Shown here: piece after piece, positions 34,430 to 42,809 of the stretch
Numbering within the stretch: position 1 is the stretch's first letter
How the letters are laid out: every line of letters starts with the position of its first letter
NCBI RefSeq assembly: GCF_049995385.1
Contig: NZ_CP188261.1
Location: 1,311,724 to 1,375,723, forward strand
Length of the DNA: 64,000 bases
Reading direction: 5' to 3'
Source of the DNA: Solidesulfovibrio sp. DCME
GTDB lineage: Bacteria > Desulfobacterota > Desulfovibrionia > Desulfovibrionales > Desulfovibrionaceae
Notes under the pieces: model-generated
Seen by the model: the letters and a program-made list of their open reading frames with translations, nothing else
What the model was told of the DNA's origin: nothing
The model's database searches: none
Translations under genes and position numbers: made by a program

Positions 34430-35691
34430 CGCGTGCTCGGCCGGTTGGGCTTGGGGGCGTTGACCACCGGCGCGGCCAGCCCCGGCAGGACGATCTGGGT
34501 GGCCACCTTCTCGCCAGGCGTCAGCCCGGACGTCACCTCGGTTTCGTTGAGGCCTTCGAGGCCAAGGCCGGGCTGGACCTCGCGCACGGCGTCGCCCTCG
34601 CCCACCGCGAACACCACCTGGCGGTTGCCGATCCATTTGAGGGCGGCGTTGGGGATGACCAGCACGCCCTTTTTCTCCTGGACCACGATCTGGCACTGGG
34701 TGGTCATCTCCGGGCGCAGGCGCGCCGATTCCTTGGGGTCCAGGCGCACCAGGGCCTGGTAGTAGACGATGTTGTCGCGGATTTCGGGCTGGGGATAGAT
34801 CTGGTCCACGCTGCCGGAAAAGGTCGTGCCGGGGTGGGCGTCGACGCGAAATTCCACGGGCAGGCCGGGGTGGACCTGGCCCACGTCGGTCTCGTCCACG
34901 TAGATCCACATTTCCAGGCGGGTCGGATCGAGCACGGTAATCAGGTTGGCCACTTGCAGGCCGGCCACCACGGTTTCGCCGGCCTGGGAGGTGACCAGGG
35001 CGACCACGCCGTCGATGGGGCTGACGATGCGGGTGTAGGAAATCTTGGTCTTGACGGATTCGATGACGGCTTCGGCTTCTTCCTTGGCTTTCTGGGCCTT
35101 GAAACGCTCTTTTTCGAATTCCGTTTCCAGGCGCACCTGGGAGGCTTGGCGGGCCAGGACCTCGTTTTGGCCGACGAGCGCGTCGCGGCGGGCGGCGTCG
35201 AGGACGTCGCGGGCAATGAGCGACTTGCCGTAGAGTTCCTCCTGGCGTTTGAGGTTGGCGGCGGCGTATTCGCTTTTGGCCTGGGACAGGCGTTCCTCGG
35301 CCTGGGCTTCGGCGATGCGTTTGGGGTAGACGGCCTCGACCTGGGCCAGTTCGGCCGTGGCCCGGGCGAGCTTCGCCTGCGCCTCGTCGAGTTGGGCGCG
35401 CAGTTCGCGGTCGTCGATGACGGCGATGAGCTGGCCGGTGTGGACCTCGTCGCCGACCTTGACGTTCATTTCCTTGATGGTGCCTGTGGCCCGGGCGCCG
35501 ATTTTGACGATGGCGCCGACTTGCGCCTTGATGATGCCGGTTGCTTCCAGGACCTTGCGCACGTCGCCGATTTGCGCTTCGGCCGTGGCCAGGACCCGGG
35601 GCGGTTCGACTTTCTTGTGGAACTGCGTCCAGGCGAAAAGTCCGCCACCGGCGAGAAGGACAAGGAAAAAGAGCCATTTGACAATGCGCAT
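34426..35691 (-). CDS. periplasmic adaptor subunit (HlyD/MacA family)
   Basis: N-terminal TM anchor, a long coiled-coil region, then barrel domains (YTRIVSPIDGVV..., VLVIPNAAL). Confidence 0.85.
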   Translation of the reverse strand: MRIVKWLFFLVLLAGGGLFAWTQFHKKVEPPRVLATAEAQIGDVRKVLEATGIIKAQVGAIVKIGARATGTIKEMNVKVGDEVHTGQLIAVIDDRELRAQLDEAQAKLARATAELAQVEAVYPKRIAEAQAEERLSQAKSEYAAANLKRQEELYGKSLIARDVLDAARRDALVGQNEVLARQASQVRLETEFEKERFKAQKAKEEAEAVIESVKTKISYTRIVSPIDGVVALVTSQAGETVVAGLQVANLITVLDPTRLEMWIYVDETDVGQVHPGLPVEFRVDAHPGTTFSGSVDQIYPQPEIRDNIVYYQALVRLDPKESARLRPEMTTQCQIVVQEKKGVLVIPNAALKWIGNRQVVFAVGEGDAVREVQPGLGLEGLNETEVTSGLTPGEKVATQIVLPGLAAPVVNAPKPNRPSTR

Positions 35692-35813
35692 GCGGTGTAT
35701 CCGGGAGAGCGGTTTTTCCGTCGTATATCCCGGAACGGCCGGGGGGGCAAATCGGGGGCTGGCGCCGCGCGCGAGGCGCGTTTTTTCACAGGGAGCGTCT
35801 TACGGCGAAGTCC

Positions 35814-37025
35814 TCATTGGAGCAGGAGCCACGTCGGCGTCGTGATGGGCACCAGGGGCCAGGGATCGCTCAAACCCTGGACGGGCAGCAGGCGCTGGGC
35901 AAAGGTGCCGTCGCCGATCTGGCCGCTGGCATTTTCGCCCCAGGCCCAGACATGCCCGTGGGACTTGAGGGCCTGGGTATGGCCGTTTCCGCCAACGACC
36001 TGGATCACGCCGGACAGGTTGTCGACGAGCCCCGGGGTGAGGCGATTGCTCGTCGTGCCGCTCCCGAGTTGACCGTAATGTCCCCAGCCCCAGGTGTAGA
36101 CCGAGCCTGCCTGCGTCACGGCAAGGGAGTGGTAATCGCCCGCGTCGATGCCGGCCACTCCGGTGAGGTTGACGGCCATGACGGGCTGGTTGCGGTTGCC
36201 CGTCACGCCGATGCCCAACTGGCCGACATCATTGAAACCGCATCCCCAGACCGTGCCGTTGTCGGCCAGGACCAAGGTGTGTTGCCAGCCGGCGGCGATG
36301 GCTTTGGCGGTGGTCAGGCCGGTGTTTTGCGACATCGTCACCGGTGTGAGGCGGTTGGAGGTGGAGCCGTCGCCGAGTTGGCCGGCGCCGTTGCCTCCCC
36401 AGCCCCAGACGGTGCCGTCGCTGGCCAGGGCCAGGGAGTGGATGCAGCCGGCGGCGATGGCTTTGATGGAGGCAAGCCCTTGGACCTGGACGGGGGTGAG
36501 GCTGGCCTCGGTGGTGTTGTTGCCGAGCTGTCCTTCGGTGTTGCGTCCCCATGCCCAGACCGTGCCATCGCTGGCCAGGGCCAGGGAGTGGTAGCAGCCG
36601 CCGGCGACGGCGATGGGATCGGACAGGCCCGGTGGCTGGCTGGTCGCGACGGGGACATTGACGCTTTGCGTGCTGTCGTTGCCGAGTTGCCCCTGGCCGT
36701 TATTGCCCCAGGCGAACATCGCGCCATCATTTCGGATCGCCAAGGCATGCTCCATGCCGGCGGCAATGGTCTTGACGTTGGTCAGATTTTTCACGGCCAC
36801 GGGATTCGAGCTGTCGGACTGCCCGCCGTCCCCGAGTTGCCCGGCCCCGTTATTGCCCCAGGCGTGGACGGTTCCGTCGGCGTACAGGCACAGGGCATAA
36901 TTCGCCCCGCCAGCCAGGCTCGGCGTCAGGGCGGCGTGAAGGGGATGGCTGCAACACCAGAACATTGCGGCAGCAATGAAGCCGAAACCAATGCGAATGC
37001 CGGATACGTGAAGGGATGGAAACAT
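35814..37025 (-). CDS. secreted RCC1-repeat seven-bladed beta-propeller protein
   Basis: Track ORF trimmed to ATG 37025. Seven WG-x-N-x-x-GQLG units: AWGNNGAGQLGDG, AWGNNGQGQLGND, AWGRNTEGQLGNN, GWGGNGAGQLGDG, GCGFNDVGQLGIG, TWGWGHYGQLGSG, AWGENASGQIGDG. Confidence 0.85.
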   Translation of the reverse strand: MFPSLHVSGIRIGFGFIAAAMFWCCSHPLHAALTPSLAGGANYALCLYADGTVHAWGNNGAGQLGDGGQSDSSNPVAVKNLTNVKTIAAGMEHALAIRNDGAMFAWGNNGQGQLGNDSTQSVNVPVATSQPPGLSDPIAVAGGCYHSLALASDGTVWAWGRNTEGQLGNNTTEASLTPVQVQGLASIKAIAAGCIHSLALASDGTVWGWGGNGAGQLGDGSTSNRLTPVTMSQNTGLTTAKAIAAGWQHTLVLADNGTVWGCGFNDVGQLGIGVTGNRNQPVMAVNLTGVAGIDAGDYHSLAVTQAGSVYTWGWGHYGQLGSGTTSNRLTPGLVDNLSGVIQVVGGNGHTQALKSHGHVWAWGENASGQIGDGTFAQRLLPVQGLSDPWPLVPITTPTWLLLQ

Positions 37026-37139
37026 GGCTGGGCCCTCGTGTTGGGGGGATTGCTTGGCTGAGTAACTCGGCGTGATACAACACAATCCTGAAAGGCCTGG
37101 AACCGACGAATCCAACAGCAAAGGAAGATGGGTTCAAGG

Positions 37140-37166
37140 ATTATACAGTGCGGCAATCCCTGTCAA
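37140..37166 (-). promoter_or_regulatory. sigma70-type promoter candidate with consensus hexamers
   Basis: On the minus strand, TTGACA (37166-37161), a 15-nt spacer, then TATAAT (37145-37140). It lies about 110 nt upstream of ATG 37025. The spacer is shorter than optimal. Confidence 0.4.
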
Positions 37167-37269
37167 CAGGCCTGCTGAAAACCGCCAGGCCGCGCGGGAC
37201 ACCGGATGCCCCGCATCCGGCAGAGGGCGAGCATGCCCCCTGATATTGTTCCGATTGCGGGCATTGCGC

Positions 37270-37755
37270 CTAAAACGGCGACAGCTTTTTCCAGAAGTCC
37301 CGTGCCTCCTTGGGCGGGGGGCCGGGCTTGGCCCGGTTTTTCTCGACCTTGCACTCGACCATGGCGAAGGTCTCGGTCTTGCCGTCGGCACAGCCCACGA
37401 ACACCTTCACGTGGTAGCTGTTTTCATTGAAGAGCAGGAAATACTCGAGCTGCGTCTTGCCGCCCGGCGCCGGCGAGGTGGCGTCGGGCGGGCCGTACTT
37501 GGCCGTGAATTCCGCCGTGGCCCGGGCGGCGTCGCACTGCTTGGCCACTTCCTTGGAGGGGCTCAACGAGAAGCTGTCCTTGAAGATGCAGCTGTTGTCC
37601 AGGATGTTGCGGCCGCCGGCATTGTTGGACTGGGCGATGTAGGGCAGCTTGGCCAGCATTTCGCCGAGCGCCGGGTTGGGGTGGTAGGTCTGGGCCAGGG
37701 CCGGACGGCAACAACAAACCACAAGCAGCAACAATACGAGCGACCCCATCCGCAT
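37270..37755 (-). CDS. small secreted hypothetical protein
   Basis: Track ORF trimmed to ATG 37755. Signal peptide MRMGSLVLLLLVVCCCRPALA. 161 aa with no known motif. Confidence 0.6.
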   Translation of the reverse strand: MRMGSLVLLLLVVCCCRPALAQTYHPNPALGEMLAKLPYIAQSNNAGGRNILDNSCIFKDSFSLSPSKEVAKQCDAARATAEFTAKYGPPDATSPAPGGKTQLEYFLLFNENSYHVKVFVGCADGKTETFAMVECKVEKNRAKPGPPPKEARDFWKKLSPF

Positions 37756-37768
37756 AAACAAACCTCCA

Positions 37769-37841
37769 TGCCGCGCCCGGCCATGCCGCGACAAGGCCGG
37801 ATGAAACTGTGCCGCGCCCGGCCATGCCGCGGCAAGGCCGG
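37769..37841. repeat. 32-nt direct repeat x2
   Basis: tgccgcgcccggccatgccgcg(a/g)caaggccgg occurs at 37769-37800 and 37810-37841 with one mismatch. Confidence 0.85.
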
Positions 37842-37850
37842 GCCAAAGCG

Positions 37851-39218
37851 TCAGCCGGCCAATGCCGCGATCCATTCGGCCACGGGTTCCTCGATGATGC
37901 GGCGGATTTCCGCCAGCCGCTCGGGCGTTTCGGCCTCGAAACGCAGCACCAGCACGGGCTGGGTGTTGGAGGCGCGCAGCAGTCCCCAGCCGTCGGGGAA
38001 GGTCAGCCGCACCCCGTCCACGTCGATGACGTCGAAGCGTTCCCGAAAAAAGGTCTGGGCTCGCGCCACCACCTCGAACTTGATGGCGTCGGGGCAGTCC
38101 AGGCGGATTTCCGGCGTGTTGACCGTGGCCGGCCAGTCGGCCAGCATGGCGCCCAGCGGCACGGTCGTGCCGGCCACGATCTCGGCCAGCCGGGCGGCGG
38201 CGTACAGGCCGTCGTCGAAGCCGTAGTAGCGGTCGGCGAAAAACATGTGGCCGCTCATCTCGCCGGCCAGCACCGCACCGGTTTCCCGCATGCGCGACTT
38301 GATCAGCGAATGGCCGGTGGCGGCCATGATCGGGTTGCCGCCGTGGGCGGCGATGTCCTTGTACAGCAAATGGCTGCACTTGACCTCGCCGATGACCGTG
38401 GCCCCGGGATGCACGGCCAGCACCGACCGGGCGTAGATGGCCAGCACCTGGTCGCCGTAGAGCAGCCGGCCCGTGGCGTCCACCACGCCGATGCGGTCGG
38501 CGTCGCCGTCAAGGCCCACGCCGAAATCGGCCCCGGCCTCCACCACCCGGGCCGCCAGGTCGGCCACGTTTTCCAGCACCACCGGGTCGGGATGGTGGTT
38601 GGGGAAGCGGCCGTCGGGCTCGCAGAAAAGCGGCACCACCTCGGCGCCGCACTGGCGCAGCACCTCGGCGCACAGAAGCCCCCCCGCCCCGTTGCCGCCG
38701 TCCACCACGACCCTGACCGGGCGGGCCAGGGTCATCTGCTCGGCCACATGCTCCACGTAGGACGGCTTGATGTCGTGCTCGCAAACCACGCCCGCGCCGG
38801 CGGCGAAATCGCCCGCGGCCATGATGTCGTAGAGTTCGCGCAGGGCCGCGGTGTGGATGGTGGTCTCGCCGGCCCAGATTTTGAAACCGTTGAATTCCGG
38901 CGGGTTGTGGCTGGCCGTCACCATGATGCCGGCTTTGCGGCCAAGGGCCTTGACCCCGTAGTAGAACGCCGGGGTGGGCACCATGTGCAGGCAGGTGACG
39001 TCGATGCCGCACGAGGCCAGTCCGGCGGCCAGGCTGGCCTGGTAGGCCGGCGAGGTCAGCCGGCAGTCGTGGCCGACCACGGCCTGGGAATAGCCCCGGC
39101 GCAAAAAGAAGGTCCCGGCCGCCCGGCCGAGCAGCTCCACCCAGTCCGGATCGAAATCGACGTCGACCAGCCCCCGGATATCATAGGCCCGGAAAACCCC
39201 GGGCGACACTGGCTTCAT
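37851..39218 (-). CDS. phosphomannomutase/phosphoglucomutase
   Basis: TASHNP phosphoserine loop, GLDGDADR metal loop and GEMSGH sugar-binding loop. 455 aa. Confidence 0.9.
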   Translation of the reverse strand: MKPVSPGVFRAYDIRGLVDVDFDPDWVELLGRAAGTFFLRRGYSQAVVGHDCRLTSPAYQASLAAGLASCGIDVTCLHMVPTPAFYYGVKALGRKAGIMVTASHNPPEFNGFKIWAGETTIHTAALRELYDIMAAGDFAAGAGVVCEHDIKPSYVEHVAEQMTLARPVRVVVDGGNGAGGLLCAEVLRQCGAEVVPLFCEPDGRFPNHHPDPVVLENVADLAARVVEAGADFGVGLDGDADRIGVVDATGRLLYGDQVLAIYARSVLAVHPGATVIGEVKCSHLLYKDIAAHGGNPIMAATGHSLIKSRMRETGAVLAGEMSGHMFFADRYYGFDDGLYAAARLAEIVAGTTVPLGAMLADWPATVNTPEIRLDCPDAIKFEVVARAQTFFRERFDVIDVDGVRLTFPDGWGLLRASNTQPVLVLRFEAETPERLAEIRRIIEEPVAEWIAALAG

Positions 39219-39301
39219 GCATCCTCCTCGCGAAATACGGCGGCAAGCCCCCAGGCCGGCTTCCCTTGACCTTCCCCGGCAAGTCCCCTATGCCGCCTGA
39301 A

Positions 39302-40429
39302 ATGAACTGGGATTGGGAAAAGCTCTCGGAGCAAAAACGCCGCCAGGGATCGCCGCTGCCCGATCCCGGCCGTTTCGGCGAGGATCTGGGGAAAAAACTG
39401 TCCACCTTCAAGCCACGGCTGCCGGGTGGGCCGAAAATCGCGGTGCTCGTGGTGCTCCTTTTATGGGCGGCCAGCGGCATCTACATCGTGGAGCCCGACG
39501 AGGCCGGCGTGGTCCAGCGCTTCGGCGCCTACGTCCTGATCACCGGACCAGGACCGCATTACCACTTACCGTTTCCCATCGAGACCGTAAAGACCCCGAA
39601 GGTTTCCCAGGTGCGCCGGGTGGAGATCGGTTTCCGCTCGGTCTACGGCCGCTCGGGCGAGTCCCTGCAAAACCGTTCGGTGCCTGAGGAATCCCTCATG
39701 CTGACCGGCGACGAGAACATTGTGGACGTGCAGTTCAGCGTCCAGTACCAGATCGCCAACGCCGTGGACTATCTGTTCCGGATCGACCACCCCGAAGAGA
39801 CCGTCAAAAGCGCGGCCGAGGCGGCCATGCGCGAGGTGATGGGCGACGCCCAGATCGATTCCGTGCTCACCTCGGGCAAGCTCAAGGTCCAAAACGACAC
39901 CAAGGTCCTCCTGCAGACCATGCTCGAACGCTACGGCAGCGGCATCGACATCCTGGCCGTGCAGCTCCAGGACGTGCATCCGCCCAAGGAAGTGGTGGAG
40001 GCCTTCAAGGACGTGGCCAGCGCCCGGGAAGACAAGAGCCGCTTCATCAACGAGGCCGACGCCTACTTCAACGACATCCTGCCCAAGGCCCGGGGCCGGG
40101 CCGCCGCCATCTTAAACGAGGCCACCGCCTATCGCGAACAGACGATCCGCCGGGCCAAGGGCGGCGCGGACCGGTTTTCGGCCCTGCGCACTGAATACGA
40201 CAAGGCCCGGGACGTCACCCGCGAGCGGCTCTACATCGAAGGCATGGAATCCCTGCTGTCCACTCCGGAGCTGGAAAAAATCATCTTGAGCGACGAGGCG
40301 GCGCGGCAGGCCGTGCCCTATCTGCCGCTGGGCCAGCTGCCCCCGGCCGCCGCGCCCGGTGACGGCGCCGGCCGCACCGAGGCGCCCAAGGCCGACCCGG
40401 CCAAGGCGGCCAAGGGAGGCCGGCCGTGA
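39302..40429 (+). CDS. hflK: FtsH protease modulator HflK (SPFH/band 7)
   Basis: TM anchor followed by an SPFH domain (IVEPDEAGVVQRFG...). Start chosen at MNWDWEKL. Upstream in-frame ATGs at 39266 and 39290 are also possible. Confidence 0.85.
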   Translation: MNWDWEKLSEQKRRQGSPLPDPGRFGEDLGKKLSTFKPRLPGGPKIAVLVVLLLWAASGIYIVEPDEAGVVQRFGAYVLITGPGPHYHLPFPIETVKTPKVSQVRRVEIGFRSVYGRSGESLQNRSVPEESLMLTGDENIVDVQFSVQYQIANAVDYLFRIDHPEETVKSAAEAAMREVMGDAQIDSVLTSGKLKVQNDTKVLLQTMLERYGSGIDILAVQLQDVHPPKEVVEAFKDVASAREDKSRFINEADAYFNDILPKARGRAAAILNEATAYREQTIRRAKGGADRFSALRTEYDKARDVTRERLYIEGMESLLSTPELEKIILSDEAARQAVPYLPLGQLPPAAAPGDGAGRTEAPKADPAKAAKGGRP

Positions 40430-41274
40430 AAACCTCCCTGATCCTCGGCGCCGCCCTGGCCTTCCTGGGCCTAATCGCCGCTTTCCAGACCGTCTATGTC
40501 GTGGACCAGACCGAAACGGCCATCGTGCTCCAGCTCGGCAAGCCCACGGGCCATGCCAAGGGGCCGGGGCTGCACGCCAAGATCCCGTTTATCCAGAACG
40601 TGGTCTTTTTCGACGCCAGGCTGCTGGAATATGACGCCAAGGCGGCCGAGGTCCTCACCCTCGACAAGAAAAACCTGGTGGTGGACAATTACGCCCGCTG
40701 GCGCATCGTCGACCCCTTGCTGTTCTACCGCACCCTGCGCACCGTGGGCCGGGCCCACGCGCGCCTCGACGACATCATCTACGCGGAGCTGCGGGTGGCC
40801 CTGGGCCGCTATACGCTCCTCGACGTGGTCTCGCAGAAACGCGCCTCGATCATGGGCGAGGTGACGCAGAAATCCACGGAATTGCTGGCGCCTTACGGCA
40901 TCCAGGTGGTGGACGTGCGCATCAAGCGCACCGACCTGCCGGCGGAAAACGCCCAGGCCATCTACGGCCGCATGCGGGCCGAGCGCGAACGCCAAGCCAA
41001 GCTCTACCGGTCCGAGGGCTGGGAGGAGATGGAAAAGATCAAGTCCGGGGCGGACAAGGACCGGGCGGTGCTTCTGGCCGAGGCCGAACGCCAGGCCGAG
41101 GTGCTCCGGGGCGCCGGCGACGCCGAGGCGGCCGCCGTCTGGGCCGAGGCCGTGTCCAAGGCGCCGGAATTTTTTTCCTTCACCCGAAGCCTCGAGGCCT
41201 ACCAGAAGGCGTTTGCCCACAAGTCGCGCCTGGTGCTGACGCCGCAAAGCCCTTTCCTCAGATACTTCCGATAA
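40426..41274 (+). CDS. hflC: FtsH protease modulator HflC (SPFH/band 7)
   Basis: GTG start overlapping the hflK stop. TM anchor followed by an SPFH domain (VVDQTETAIVLQLGKP...). Confidence 0.88.
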   Translation: MKTSLILGAALAFLGLIAAFQTVYVVDQTETAIVLQLGKPTGHAKGPGLHAKIPFIQNVVFFDARLLEYDAKAAEVLTLDKKNLVVDNYARWRIVDPLLFYRTLRTVGRAHARLDDIIYAELRVALGRYTLLDVVSQKRASIMGEVTQKSTELLAPYGIQVVDVRIKRTDLPAENAQAIYGRMRAERERQAKLYRSEGWEEMEKIKSGADKDRAVLLAEAERQAEVLRGAGDAEAAAVWAEAVSKAPEFFSFTRSLEAYQKAFAHKSRLVLTPQSPFLRYFR

Positions 41275-41561
41275 ATGACGCCGCCCGGCCGGCCTGGCCG
41301 ACCGGGCGGACCCGATGACGCCCGCCCGGCAACGGCCGCAGCCGGATGGGTTTGCGCGTGCGCAGCCGCGCCGGCAAACGGCCTGGCCAGGGTTGGCAGC
41401 GGCCGCGGGCGATTGCCCGGCGTGGTTTCCCGCCCGCCGCAAGGCCGGGCTTGACAAGGCCGGCGCCTTTGACGGAAGGTTCAACCCCATTTCCGTATGG
41501 CGGGAAAACCGTAGCGGCAGTGCCCGCCTGCCATTTTCGCAGCAACCCAGAGGGGGAAACG

Positions 41562-42659
41562 ATGGTCCTCGAGCTGATCCGGCCCGGCACCAACATCAAT
41601 TTTCTCAAGTACCGCAAGCTGGCCTACCTGGTCTCCGCGGCCATCATCGTGGCCGGGTTCGTCTCCCTGGCCGTCAAGGGCGGACCCCGCTTCGGCGTGG
41701 ACTTCGCCGGCGGCCTGTCCATTCAGGTCCGTTTCGCCAAGGCCGTCGATATCGAGGCCATCACCAAGGCCGTGGACGGGGTCGGGCTGCAAAACGTGGT
41801 CGTGCAGCGCTTCGGCCAGGACGAGGCCAACGAGTTCCTCATCCGGGCCTCGGATAACGAGGTCAACCAGGAGACCGTTCGGGCTTCGGTGGAAGCGGCC
41901 CTGGCCAAGAACCTGCCGGATTCGGGCTATTCGGTCCAACGTCTGGAGATGGTCGGGCCCAAGGTCGGCGCGGACCTGCGCGGCAAGGCCCTGGAAGCCA
42001 TTTTCTATTCGGTGCTGCTCATTGCCATCTACATCTCCGGCCGCTTCGAGCAGCGCTGGATGGCGGCGGGCATGATGGCGGCCGGACTGGCCGGCGGCAT
42101 CTACCTGCTCAAGCTCGCCGGCGCCTCCACGGTCTGGCTCATCGTCGCCGCCATGCTCATCACGCTGGCCCTGTGCTTCGTCATGCGCCTCAAATACGCC
42201 CTGGGCGCGGTGGTGGCCGACCTGCACGACGTGCTCATCACCGTCGGCATCTTTTCGCTGCTGGACAAGGAATTCGACCTGACCATCGTGGCCGCGCTTC
42301 TCACCATCCTCGGCTATTCCCTCAACGACACCATCATCGTCTACGACCGCATCCGGGAAAAAAACCGCACGGTGGGCAAGAGTGTGCCCTTCGAGGAAGT
42401 CATCAACAAGAGCATCAACGAGACGCTCTCGCGCACCATCCTGACCGCCGGCACGACGCTGATCACCGTCACCTGCCTGTACTTCCTGGGCGGCGCGGTC
42501 ATCCACGACTTCGCCCTGGCCATGCTCATCGGCATCCTGGCCGGCACCTATTCCTCGGTCTTCGTGGCCAGCCCCATCCTGCTCGACCTGGGCCAAGGGC
42601 TGACCCCCCGCAAGGGCGCCGAAGCGCCGACCGGCGGCCCGGCTCCGGCCAAGGCCTAG
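41562..42659 (+). CDS. secF: protein translocase subunit SecF (with ~46-aa hydrophobic insertion)
   Basis: Track ORF trimmed to ATG 41562 after AGAGGGGGA. SecF motifs present: GVDFAGG, LHDVLITVGIFS, GYSLNDTIIVYDRIRE. No secD is adjacent. Confidence 0.85.
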   Translation: MVLELIRPGTNINFLKYRKLAYLVSAAIIVAGFVSLAVKGGPRFGVDFAGGLSIQVRFAKAVDIEAITKAVDGVGLQNVVVQRFGQDEANEFLIRASDNEVNQETVRASVEAALAKNLPDSGYSVQRLEMVGPKVGADLRGKALEAIFYSVLLIAIYISGRFEQRWMAAGMMAAGLAGGIYLLKLAGASTVWLIVAAMLITLALCFVMRLKYALGAVVADLHDVLITVGIFSLLDKEFDLTIVAALLTILGYSLNDTIIVYDRIREKNRTVGKSVPFEEVINKSINETLSRTILTAGTTLITVTCLYFLGGAVIHDFALAMLIGILAGTYSSVFVASPILLDLGQGLTPRKGAEAPTGGPAPAKA

Positions 42660-42682
42660 AAGGCCGGCCCCTTTCAGGCACG

Positions 42683-42715
42683 AAAAAGGCCGCTTCCGCA
42701 AGGAGGCGGCCTTTC
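42683..42715. terminator. bidirectional rho-independent terminator
   Basis: aaaaa-ggccgcttcc-gcaa-ggaggcggcc-tttctcc forms a 10-bp stem with a GCAA loop. An A-run and a T-rich run flank it. It lies between convergent secF and the CBM2 gene. Confidence 0.7.
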
Positions 42716-42809
42716 TCCTATTCCGGGGCCGGACGTGTCGCCGGGGCCACGGCCGTCCGGGGCGAGGTCAAATGCGGCGGCCGTTTGCCTTGCCCTGGGG
42801 CCGGACTGG

